Positions 9,907 through 19,242 of a stretch of DNA of 64,000 nucleotides are shown one piece after another. The number at the start of each line of letters is the position of its first letter. Positions within the stretch are counted from its first letter, which is position 1. The position numbers were made by a program, and so were the translations under genes. Source of the DNA: an uncultured Nitrospiraceae bacterium (GTDB lineage: Bacteria; Nitrospirota; Thermodesulfovibrionia; Thermodesulfovibrionales; SM23-35); the NCBI GenBank assembly GCA_963727775.1, contig CAVSHB010000001.1, positions 32,001-96,000 of the forward strand, in the 5' to 3' direction. Below the pieces are notes generated by a model that was given only the letters and a program-made list of their open reading frames with translations, had not been told where the DNA came from and did no database searches.

Positions 9907-10157
9907 GCATCATAACCCTTGAGGAGAAGCCAATAGGAAAGCGTAGTGCGGGAAATCCGCACGCTGCGTTTGACGTGGCAGGGAATGGAGAAGTGCCATG
10001 GCGAACCTAAACGGGCACGAAACTGGAAACGGTGGATACAGCCAAGGGGAGACCTACGGTAACTCGCCATTCTTTGACCCTACTGACGAGGGTGATGTAG
10101 GATGGAAAAAGTGGACACCAAAGTCAGATAAAATAAATGAAAGACGGAGGTGTCAGA

Positions 10158-10472
10158 ATGAAAGGGATTCCGCAGGGACGTTACACGAAGGAGTTTCGTG
10201 GGGAGGCAGTGAAGATGGTGTTAGCCGGGGGTATATCGTTGCTGGAGGCAGCTCACCGGCTGTCATTGCCGCCCTCGACGTTAGGGAACTGGGTCAAGGC
10301 GCATAAAGCTGGCAAGCTGGAAGATATAGGCAAGACACAGAAGCCACTGACGGAGCTAGAGATGGAACTGGCAAGGGTAAAGAAAGAGCTGGTAGAGACG
10401 AGAATGGAGCGTGATCTGCTAAAAAAAGCTGCCGCGTACTTTGCGAAGGAGTCGCTGCCCGGTACGCGCTAA
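10158..10472 (+). CDS. IS3 transposase OrfA (HTH)
   Basis: RYTKEFR..AV..V HTH, MERDLLKKAAAYFAKE end; GGAGG RBS. Confidence 0.92.
   Translation: MKGIPQGRYTKEFRGEAVKMVLAGGISLLEAAHRLSLPPSTLGNWVKAHKAGKLEDIGKTQKPLTELEMELARVKKELVETRMERDLLKKAAAYFAKESLPGTR
10421..10428 (+). other. Probable -1 programmed frameshift site (A7G) fusing OrfA and OrfB
   Basis: AAAAAAAG near the orfA 3' end, typical of IS3. Confidence 0.7.
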
Positions 10473-11332
10473 TGAAAGAAATGCGACTTCAATATTCAGT
10501 GCCGCTGATGTGCCGGATATATAACGTATCGGCAAGCGGATACTATGCACACGTGACAAGGCCGCTTTCTAAGCGGGGGCAGGAAGACGCCCGCTTGGAG
10601 GTTGAGATTAAGGCTGCACATAAGAGGACACGGCGGGTATGCGGCGCTGAGAGATTACAGAAGGATTTGGCAGACAACGGTATTGCAGTGGGTGTTTGCC
10701 GGATCAAGCGACTCAGGAAGAAGCTCGGTATACGCTGTAAGCAGACGAAGAAATTCAAAACTACAACTGACTCAAAACATACGCTTCCGGTGGCTGAGAA
10801 CCTACTGGACCAGCAGTTTGAAGTATCCAGGCCGAACATGGCATGGTTGAGCGATATAACATATGTTTGGACCGATGAAGGATGGCTGTACCTTGCCGCG
10901 CACAAGGATCTTTTTAACGGTGAGATAGTCGGATACGCAATGGGAGAACGGATAACGAAGAGCCTTGTAAGTCAGTCTTTATTCCGTGCCGTTGCAGCGA
11001 AGCGTCCAGGGAAGGGGCTGATTCATCACTCGGATCGCGGGAGCCAATATTGTGCTCATGATTATCGGAAGCTTCTTAATCAGTTCGGCATGACGGCATC
11101 AATGAGTAGAAAAGGGAATTGCTATGACAATGCCCCGATGGAGAGTTTCTGGGGCACGCTGAAGCAGGAGCTTGTCCATCACAGACGCTACAGGAACAGA
11201 CAAGAGGCAGTGCAGGATATCACGGAATATATCGAGATCTTCTACAACAGGCAGCGCCGACAGGCAAGACTTGGATATCTATCCCCAGTTGCTTATGAGT
11301 ATCAATTCTATGCACGAGAGCTGGCAGCATGA
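10472..11332 (+). CDS. IS3 transposase OrfB (DDE)
   Basis: WLSDITY, HHSDRGSQY, GNCYDNAPMESFWGTLKQE. Confidence 0.95.
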   Translation: MKEMRLQYSVPLMCRIYNVSASGYYAHVTRPLSKRGQEDARLEVEIKAAHKRTRRVCGAERLQKDLADNGIAVGVCRIKRLRKKLGIRCKQTKKFKTTTDSKHTLPVAENLLDQQFEVSRPNMAWLSDITYVWTDEGWLYLAAHKDLFNGEIVGYAMGERITKSLVSQSLFRAVAAKRPGKGLIHHSDRGSQYCAHDYRKLLNQFGMTASMSRKGNCYDNAPMESFWGTLKQELVHHRRYRNRQEAVQDITEYIEIFYNRQRRQARLGYLSPVAYEYQFYARELAA

Positions 11333-11720
11333 AAGGTTTGGTGTCCACTATTGACATCCGAGGTCAGGGGGAACTGGAGATAGAACCTTATGGCGACTAC
11401 GCCAGTTCTCTACTCTACTGTCTTCAACAAAACTTCCATCTTTGTTAGCACAAACGGTCTGTACCCAAAACTATAGACCGCAAATGCGGTAGATAGTTAA
11501 CCTTGTCGCTCAGGTGTCCTCCAAAGTATATCATCATAATATCTTTTAATTTTTAATATCCTCTTGTATTTTTTTTCATCGGAGATAACAGGGCAGCAAG
11601 TTGTATTCCAAGAAGAAATCCAAACTGTATCACTACCCCATATTTTCGTGCCTTGACAAATATCATAATCTTTCATTACGCTTGTTGCAGATAAAAAAAA
11701 TGTAAGGCGGTGGAGTCATT

Positions 11721-13025
11721 ATGGCCGATCCTTATGTGTTAGAGGACGGCGCACACATAGCTGTTGTGGGTGGAGGGCCGACAGGCTCTTTCTTCAGCAT
11801 CTTTGCACTCAAGATGGCAAAGATGGTTGGAAAAGAGATACATGTCACAATATTTGAACCGAAAGATTTTACTAAAGACGGCCCGTTAGGATGTAACAGA
11901 TGTGGCGGTATTATCTCCGAACTTCTTGTCCAGACCTTAGCTGTTGAAGGCATCAATCTTCCTGATACCCTCGTACAAAGAGGTATTAATTCCTACAAAT
12001 TACACACAAATCGCGGGAGTGCCTTTATAGAGACACCAGCCCATGAAAAAACCATAGCTGCAATATACAGAGGAGGAGGGCCAAAGGGGACCATTGGGAA
12101 GCATAAGGAAAGTTTCGATCAATTTCTTCTTGATCTTGCGGTAAGTGAAGGTGCTGTTCATACTTCTGTGAAGGTTGATCATATTGAAAATAGCAACGGA
12201 AGACCTGTTCTTTTTTCTAAGGAGCAGAAGCTTATGGAAGCAGATCTTGTAGTGGGAGCGATTGGAATAAAGAGCCAGACATCAAGAATATTCGAAGAAA
12301 TGGGGTTTGGATACAAAAAACCGGAGACGGTTACCGCAGCAATTGTAGAAATTGGCATGGATGAGAATATAATAGCTGAATATTTTGGAAATTCTGTTCA
12401 CCTGTTTCTCCTTCCGATTAAGGACACTAAGTTTGCAGCCATGATTCCCAAGGGCACATATATAACGGTCTGTATATTGGGTAGAAATATGAATACTGAT
12501 ACCGTAAACGCATTTATTCGTCAGCCAATTGTTCAGTCGGTTTTACCGCGGAAAGTGCCATATAAGATAGATTGTCGTTGTTTACCGAAAATGAACGTGA
12601 AGGCGCCTAAAGTGCCCTTTAATGACAGGGTTGTTCTTTGCGGTGATGCCGGTTCAACAAGGCTTTTTAAAGACGGGTTAGGCGCTGCATATCTTATGGG
12701 GAAGGCTGCTGCTAAGACAGCCGTATTGCAAGGTGTAAGCAGAAAGCATTTCCGTGATATGTATTACCCGGTTTATAAAAGCATAATCATTGATAACCGG
12801 TTTGGAAGAGCACTTTTCTTAACAACAGATGTATTGAAGAACAATATGCTCATGACAAAGAGTATGCTCGAAGTCGTGCAGAAAGAGCAAGGGAATCCTG
12901 CACATCCCAAAATACTTAGTTCGGTACTCTGGGACATGTTTACCGGCAACGAACGATATAAGAATATATTTCGCAGAGCTATGAGTTTGCCGATGCTCTA
13001 TGACTTATTAAAAGGGCTTATCTGA
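11721..13025 (+). CDS. FAD-dependent oxidoreductase, geranylgeranyl-reductase-like
   Basis: IAVVGGGPTG Rossmann motif, CNRCGG, LCGDAG...GLG FAD motif. Confidence 0.8.
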   Translation: MADPYVLEDGAHIAVVGGGPTGSFFSIFALKMAKMVGKEIHVTIFEPKDFTKDGPLGCNRCGGIISELLVQTLAVEGINLPDTLVQRGINSYKLHTNRGSAFIETPAHEKTIAAIYRGGGPKGTIGKHKESFDQFLLDLAVSEGAVHTSVKVDHIENSNGRPVLFSKEQKLMEADLVVGAIGIKSQTSRIFEEMGFGYKKPETVTAAIVEIGMDENIIAEYFGNSVHLFLLPIKDTKFAAMIPKGTYITVCILGRNMNTDTVNAFIRQPIVQSVLPRKVPYKIDCRCLPKMNVKAPKVPFNDRVVLCGDAGSTRLFKDGLGAAYLMGKAAAKTAVLQGVSRKHFRDMYYPVYKSIIIDNRFGRALFLTTDVLKNNMLMTKSMLEVVQKEQGNPAHPKILSSVLWDMFTGNERYKNIFRRAMSLPMLYDLLKGLI

Positions 13026-13042
13026 TTGAAAGAGAGGGGACT

Positions 13043-13909
13043 ATGAAAGACGATGAACTGGGCAGGGTTTATACTGAAGGGGAGGTCATTTTCAAAGAGG
13101 GAGATGAGGGTGACCATATGTATGTCGTACAGTCTGGAAAGGTGAAAATAACCAGAAATACTCCGTCAGGAGATGTTACCATCGCAGTTCTTTCAACCGG
13201 TGAAATATTTGGTGAAATGGCCCTGTTTGACAGGTTGCCGCGTTCTGCAACCGCTGCGGCGTTCAATGAAGCAAGAATTCTCAGCATAGACAAGAAAAAG
13301 TTTTTCCAGACCATAAGCAGGGATCCAACCCTGGTTTTCAAGATACTTGAATACATGAGCCAGAGAATAAGAAGGATCAATGAAGAAATTTCAAAATTAA
13401 AGAACAGCAGACATGATTCTTCCAATATTTTTACTGATACTGAGGAGACGTGTAAGTATATACTTGAAGAGGCAAGGAATATCATTCCTGCTGATAACGG
13501 TTCTATCATGCTGATTGATGATGCAGAAAAAACACTTTCTATTAAGGCTGCATTCGGAACTGAATGGAATCCAAAAACCAGGCTCCAGGAAGGGGAAGGT
13601 GTTGCCGGTGATGTTCTTAAAACCGGTAAAGCCGAACTCATTAATAATGTATCAATGGATTCCAGGTTCAAATCAGGGACAGCACATATTCAGTCTGTAA
13701 TGTGTGCTCCGTTGAAATGGAGAGGAAATCATTTCGGAGTAATCAATATGAGCAGATGTTCTGAAAAATTGTTTACCCTGGATGATTTAAAAATGCTGCA
13801 TTCTATGGCTATTCATGCATCAGTTGTCATCGAGAATGTGAGATGCTTTTCCCAGTTCAAGAATGCCACCGATGAATTTCTTCGGCATGCAACGATGTTA
13901 TATACTTAA
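13043..13909 (+). CDS. Cyclic-nucleotide-binding domain plus GAF domain protein
   Basis: FGEMALFDRLPRSAT cNMP motif; C-terminal GAF (GEGVAG, SVMCAPL). Confidence 0.85.
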   Translation: MKDDELGRVYTEGEVIFKEGDEGDHMYVVQSGKVKITRNTPSGDVTIAVLSTGEIFGEMALFDRLPRSATAAAFNEARILSIDKKKFFQTISRDPTLVFKILEYMSQRIRRINEEISKLKNSRHDSSNIFTDTEETCKYILEEARNIIPADNGSIMLIDDAEKTLSIKAAFGTEWNPKTRLQEGEGVAGDVLKTGKAELINNVSMDSRFKSGTAHIQSVMCAPLKWRGNHFGVINMSRCSEKLFTLDDLKMLHSMAIHASVVIENVRCFSQFKNATDEFLRHATMLYT

Positions 13910-13948
13910 ATCATAAGCTAATCCACTGTGGATTAGCTTATGATTTAA
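13906..13948. terminator. Hairpin with perfect 21-bp arms between convergent genes
   Basis: TTAAATCATAAGCTAATCCAC-T-GTGGATTAGCTTATGATTTAA. Confidence 0.6.
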
Positions 13949-13956
13949 TAATTGCC

Positions 13957-14799
13957 CTATTTGTTGATCTGATACCTTCTGTGCTGGATATAAGAATCTT
14001 TAACAGCTATATAAGGGTCGATGGCTGATTCTTTCAGGATTTCATAATCGCCCATCTGCAGTGAAGTATTGTTGAAATATTCGTATGCATTAATCGCAAA
14101 CGCAGTTTCTGCGGGATTGATATAATTTACAGGAGACAGGAACCCGTCACCTACCGATCCGATTGTGTCTCTCAGTGATGAAGGACCAATAAACGGCCAT
14201 ACGATATAAAGGCCATCCCCTATCCCGTAAAAACCCAGAGTCATCCCGAGGTCTTTTTCCTGGCTTTCGATTTTCCACATCTTTGCAATATCAAACAGTC
14301 CGGCTATACCAAAGACTGTGTTCACGCCGAAACGGGCGAGTTCAAGAGCCGCGGATTTTATTTTTCCCTGCAAAGAGGCATTGACAAACCGCACGGGCAT
14401 AGAGAGGTTGACGAAAAAATTTCGCGCGGAAATGCGTACTCCCTCAGGGACTACGGTGTTATACCCCTTAGCCGCGGGCTTCATTACCCAGAAATATAGC
14501 CTGTCGTTAAAAGTGAAGACCATGCGATTCCATGGTTCCAGCGGGTCGGCAACGGATTGCGCTTCAAGAAATTCCGGTTCTGCCTCAGCTTCAGCAGGAG
14601 GACTATCTCCGGCTTTTAGCGTATTTTCATCGGGAGATGGAAGCGTCCCGGCATGTGCAGATACCGCCCAAAAAAACAAAACTATAAAAAATAGGGTCTG
14701 ACAAGCCGTTTTTTTGATTGCATTTCCAAGTGATAATTCTAAATTCATTTCGAGGACCAGATCACGATTAGTTCTTATAACAGGCAAAGAGATGGGCAA
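13957..14799 (-). CDS. mlaA: MlaA/VacJ-family lipid transport protein (true start probably downstream)
   Basis: DPLEPWNR, RFGVNTVFGIAGLFD, DLGMTLG, GPSSLRD, DPY motifs. Confidence 0.88.
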   Translation of the reverse strand: MPISLPVIRTNRDLVLEMNLELSLGNAIKKTACQTLFFIVLFFWAVSAHAGTLPSPDENTLKAGDSPPAEAEAEPEFLEAQSVADPLEPWNRMVFTFNDRLYFWVMKPAAKGYNTVVPEGVRISARNFFVNLSMPVRFVNASLQGKIKSAALELARFGVNTVFGIAGLFDIAKMWKIESQEKDLGMTLGFYGIGDGLYIVWPFIGPSSLRDTIGSVGDGFLSPVNYINPAETAFAINAYEYFNNTSLQMGDYEILKESAIDPYIAVKDSYIQHRRYQINK

Positions 14800-14807
14800 A
14801 GATTATC

Positions 14808-15479
14808 TCATTGTGTTTTGCCCGATGAAAAATTATTAATTTTGGCTTTCAGCATCGAAATTAAACCGTTAAACCCTTTGCCGTCGATGACACTTACAAA
14901 TTGAGACCTTGTGACAGCAAGCTGACTGACGCCGGATATCTGTATGTCGACAATGCGCCACTTGCCTTCCATTTTGCGAAGCTTGTAATAAAAGTCTGTT
15001 GTATCATTATCCCGGTCGATGAGTTTGCTCACAACGGTAACAGTGTCCTGGACAGGTTTTGATTCTGAAACGATCTCGAACTTTTCTCCGGAATAATCAT
15101 TAAAACGGCCTGCATAGGTTGCGGCAGTCCATTCGGTGTAAGTTTCAAGCAGTAATCGCCTTTCCTTTTCATTGAGCGTCTTCCAGGTTTTTCCGACTGA
15201 TATCCCCGCCATATAGGACAAAGCGAAAGAATCTTTAATAACAGGCTCTAAAAGTTTGTAGCGTCCGGGGTACCCGAGTTCTTTAGCCCTTTGCATAGAC
15301 TCTATAAGTGCAGCATTGAATTCGGTTATGGCCTCTGAAGGACCTGACTGTGCTGCATTCCCAAAGGCGCCGTAAAACACCGCACAGAGACAAAAGACTG
15401 CGCTTATCAGGCAGCGATGTTTGATGACATATTTGAGCTTCGGCATATCCTTCTTATTTCTTCTGTAAAATAAATTCAT
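14808..15479 (-). CDS. hpnM: MlaC/Ttg2D-family hopanoid-associated periplasmic protein
   Basis: Signal peptide; WRIVDIQISGVSQLAVTRSQF motif; divergent from hpnN. Confidence 0.8.
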   Translation of the reverse strand: MNLFYRRNKKDMPKLKYVIKHRCLISAVFCLCAVFYGAFGNAAQSGPSEAITEFNAALIESMQRAKELGYPGRYKLLEPVIKDSFALSYMAGISVGKTWKTLNEKERRLLLETYTEWTAATYAGRFNDYSGEKFEIVSESKPVQDTVTVVSKLIDRDNDTTDFYYKLRKMEGKWRIVDIQISGVSQLAVTRSQFVSVIDGKGFNGLISMLKAKINNFSSGKTQ

Positions 15480-15570
15480 GAAAAAAGTTAATATACAAAG
15501 TTAAAGATTAACTATTAATAATACCGGAAAATCCCGGTTTTTGAAATATGTTCGTTACAAAATACGGAGA

Positions 15571-18226
15571 ATGGTGAACAATAACAAAGAATATTCAAAG
15601 AAGCTCATTGGATGGTGGGTCGGATTCGTTCAGCGGAATGCGGTCCCGGTGCTCATTGCCGTTCTGTTGACCTGCGGCGGTACGGTTCTTTATCTGAAGC
15701 AGAATTTCAGAATAAACACCGACCTTAACAGCATGATTTCCGAGAAGCTTCATTTCCGCAAAATCGAAAAGGATTTTTCCAGGGCCTTCCCTCAGCTTTC
15801 CGATACCATTGTTGTGGTAATCGATGCAGAGACCGCCGAGCAGGCAGTCTCTGCGCGCAAACACATGGCAGGGCGGCTGAGAAAAGAAACGGGTCTTTTC
15901 AAGACAGTCTTTGAGCCGGGGGGAGGCGATTTTTTTGAAAAGAACGGGCTGCTGTACATGGACACGGACGAACTGGAAGAGCTTGCGGATAAACTGGCGA
16001 CTGCTCAGCCTTTGCTTGCCTTTCTGTCTAAGGATTTAAGTTTGCGCGGGCTCTTCTCAGTGCTTGACATGGCACTGAACAGTCCGGAGGCCACAAAGAC
16101 ACAGGACAGCAGCATGGATCTTCTTTTCGATCATCTGAGCAAGACGTTCGAAAGCGCGGGGGTAGGTCGATCCCGGCAGATGCCATGGGAAAGCATCATG
16201 TTCGGAGAAAAGGCAGCGGCTGAACAGCGCCGTCAGTTTATTATCACTCAGCCTTATCTTGACGCAGCAAATCCTTCCGCAGACGAAGTTTCCCTTGAAA
16301 CTGTCCGCCGCATTGCGAAAGAACTGGGTATTACTGAAGCAAACGGCGTTAAAATGCGGATTACCGGGGATGTCGCCCTGTCTTATGAAAACATGATGAC
16401 GGTGAGAAACAGCACTGGCATTGCAACCGTTGCATCCATAATTCTGGTAGGCGTCCTTCTGTTCATCGGTCTCGGTTCAGGACGAATGGTTTTGGCAAGT
16501 CTTCTAACTCTGATCATCGGGCTTCTCTGGACTACAGGCTTTGCCATTGCTTTTGTAGGCAGCCTGAACCTCATTTCCATCACGTTTGCCGTGCTCTTTA
16601 TCGGCCTCGGCATAGACTACAGCATTCAGTTCTGTCTGCGATACAGGGAGCTGATTCAGTCGGGGCATAAGCGGTGGGAGGGCCTTACAACAACCGCAAA
16701 GGGAGTGGGAAGGAGTCTTTTTCTCAGCTGCGTCACAGTCGCTTTAGGTTTTTATTCATTTGCGCCCACAGCTTATGCCGGCGTCGCCGAACTCGGCCTT
16801 ATATCCGGGACAGGCATGTTTATCAGTTTTTTTGCTACTATCACTGTTCTTCCTGCATTGTTGACTTTATTCAAAACAGGTCAAAGCAAAGGGCTGCCGG
16901 CGCCGACAAAAAAAATAATTTCGGAGCTGCCTTATAAATATTCAAGGACAATTATCGCAGGAGCCGTTATATTGGGATTAGCATCAGTTCCATTTCTCCA
17001 CAGAGTTTTTTTCGATTATAACCCGCTGAATCTTTACAGTAAAACATCGGAGTCCGTCAGCGCCATAAAAGAGCTTTTCGACAATCCTGAAGCGCAGCCC
17101 TGGACAATCTCCGTTCTTGCAAGCGGAGAAGAGAATGCAAAACGACTTGCGGAAAGTTTAAAGAAACTTAAAGAGGTAAAAGCAGCCATAACACTTTCCG
17201 ACTTGGTCCCGGAAAAACAGCCGGAAAAACTACGCATCCTTTCCGATATAGCGCTATTTATGCCTCAGAACATTACCGATCTTAAAATAAAAAATCTAAA
17301 ATATGAAGAAAATATCAAGGCCCTGAAAGGGTTTGATAATGCATTAAAGAAGTCCCTCCTTTCATCCGCAAAGGAGGACCCTCATGTCAGACGTTTATAT
17401 GCAAGTATTCAGAATTTTAAAGCCCGGCTTGATGATCCTGTAAAAGGGCAAAGAGCGGTTGCAGCATTGGAAAAAAGTATTTTGGTAAGCCTTCCGGACC
17501 TTTTCAAAAGGCTTGGCTCTTCACTTCAGGCCAAAGCTTTCAGCCGGTCCGACCTTCCGCGGGAATTAGCGGAACAATATGTCTCTGTCGACGGCCGTTA
17601 CCGGGTCCAGGTTTTCCCCGTCGAAAATATTATGGATATAGATGCGCTTAAACGGTTTGTCCTGGCGGTGCGCGCCGTTGCCCCTGATGCTACAGACGCC
17701 CCTGTAACTATCTATGAATCGGGGAGGGCCGTTGTTTCATCTTTCAGTGAGGCCGTTTTATACGCGATGGTTGCCATCATGCTCTTTTTATTGATTGAGT
17801 TGAGAAGCTTCTTCGCGACTGCACTGATACTCGTACCTCTCATATTGGCCATGTTTCTGACCGGGGCCGCATCGGTTTTACTCAAAATCCCGCTGAATTT
17901 TGCCAATGTTATTGTAGTGCCTCTCCTGTTGGGTATCGGTGTGCATAGCGGTATTATTTTTATGCTGCGTTATCTGACGGAACCTCCGTCGGATGGGAAT
18001 ATGCTCAGGACAAGCACTGCCCGCGCCGTATTGTTCAGCACACTGACCCTGCTTATCAGCACAGGCAGCCTTTCTTTTTTCGCCCCACAGAGGAATCGCA
18101 AGCATGGGCATCCTTCTAACTATTTGCTTAAGTTTTTTGTTAGTCTGCACACTTTTATTACTGCCTGCACTAATCGAATTATACGGAAAGTATCTTGAAA
18201 AAAGTCACAAAAACAATTTCTCATGA
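15571..18226 (+). CDS. hpnN: MMPL/RND hopanoid transporter (one-base frameshift near the 3' end)
   Basis: LNLISITFAVLFIGLGIDY, GVAELG, LNFANVIVVPLLLGIG; removing one T at 18075-18080 restores SPHRGIASMG and a final TM helix. Confidence 0.88.
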
Positions 18227-18292
18227 CCACATATGTTATCTACGGCGTTGCAAAAGTAGGATGTTTTGTTATAATTACCAAGAGCTTTAATA

Positions 18293-19204
18293 ATGCAGAA
18301 CACTAAACAACGGGACATAACATATCAGGTCGTAGTGGCGGACGACCTGGGCAGGGCTTCATCTGTCAACGCGGCTATTGCGGAAGCACACGACAGGGGG
18401 ATCGTTACTGCTGCAAGTCTTATGGCGAAGGGCGACGCCTTTGAAGAGGCTGTGCAGATGGCATCGCAGCGCAGTCGTCTGTCTGTAGGCCTCCACGTGA
18501 CCTTCTGTGACGGCCGTGCTGTTCTGCAGCCTTCAGAGATACCTGATCTGGTTGATAAAGACGGCTGCTTCGAAGAAAGCCCTGAAAAGGCATGGATAAA
18601 ATGCATGAGGCGCGGTGTTCTCTCTCAGATTGAAGCGGAGGTGGAAGCGCAATTTGACTGCCTGGAAAAGGCGGGGATCAAACCCACTCATGTGGACGGT
18701 CACCATCACCTGCAAATGCATCCGCTCATATTTGAAGCAATATGCAAGCAGGCTTCAAAAAGGGGAGTCGGATGGATACGGATTCCGAATGAGGCCATTT
18801 CGATTGTCCTCAGCTTGCGCTCTTTTTCACGCGGTGTTATGCCGCTGCTCGAGCGGGTTGTCTTTGGGGTACTCAGGACATATAACCTGAGAACAGCCGC
18901 GAAATACGGAATAAACGTAGCCTACAGCTGCATGGGACTTTCATGGACCGGTAGTATTGATGAGCAAAGCTTGCTTGAACTGTTAGGGATGACTGAGGGT
19001 CCGGTCAGTGAAATCTTTACGCATCCGGATATTGCCACAGACAAGGGGCGGAAGGAGCTGGAAGCTCTTACGTCAGTCGAAGTACGCAAGAAGCTTGCTT
19101 TCCTCGGAATTGAACCGGTGGGATATAGAGAACTTTCCGGCAAGGAATTGTACCGGGATTCTGTATGTGAAAGAAAAATAAAAAAGAGAAGTTATTCTTT
19201 TTGA
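18293..19204 (+). CDS. hpnK: ChbG/HpnK-family deacetylase
   Basis: ADDLG, GLHVT, HVDGHHH, THP motifs; hopanoid cluster context. Confidence 0.82.
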   Translation: MQNTKQRDITYQVVVADDLGRASSVNAAIAEAHDRGIVTAASLMAKGDAFEEAVQMASQRSRLSVGLHVTFCDGRAVLQPSEIPDLVDKDGCFEESPEKAWIKCMRRGVLSQIEAEVEAQFDCLEKAGIKPTHVDGHHHLQMHPLIFEAICKQASKRGVGWIRIPNEAISIVLSLRSFSRGVMPLLERVVFGVLRTYNLRTAAKYGINVAYSCMGLSWTGSIDEQSLLELLGMTEGPVSEIFTHPDIATDKGRKELEALTSVEVRKKLAFLGIEPVGYRELSGKELYRDSVCERKIKKRSYSF

Positions 19205-19242
19205 ATTAACAAATAAAAAGTATTTGGACCTTTTATACAAAG

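Larger units (their letters stand above)
4598..10083 (+). mobile_element. Inner group II intron inserted in domain V of the outer intron (1995 nt without the RIT)
   Basis: 5' GTGTG at 4598; domain V AAAGCGTAGTGCGGGAAATCCGCACGCTGCGTTT (9938-9971); 3' end GACCCTAC at 10083; RT ORF inside; removing it restores the outer domain V CCGGTT|TGACGAGGG. Confidence 0.92.
10093..11366 (+). mobile_element. IS3-family insertion sequence, 1274 bp
   Basis: TG...CA ends; IRL TGATGTAGGATGGAAAAAGTGGACACCAAA vs IRR reverse complement TGACCTCGGATGTCAATAGTGGACACCAAA; GGG target duplication at 10090-10092 and 11367-11369. Confidence 0.95.
3958..11418 (+). mobile_element. Outer group II intron, ORF-less, interrupted by an inner intron and an IS3 (698 nt when both are removed)
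   Basis: 5' GTATGCCG at 3958; EBS1 CCTACA (4171-4176) is complementary to exon TGTAGG (3952-3957); domain V AAAGCCGGATTCGGGAAAACCGACCGTCCGGTT ends at 4597 and resumes TGACGAGGG at 10084; domain VI GAACTGG...CCAGTTCTCTACTCTAC ends at 11418. Confidence 0.88.
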
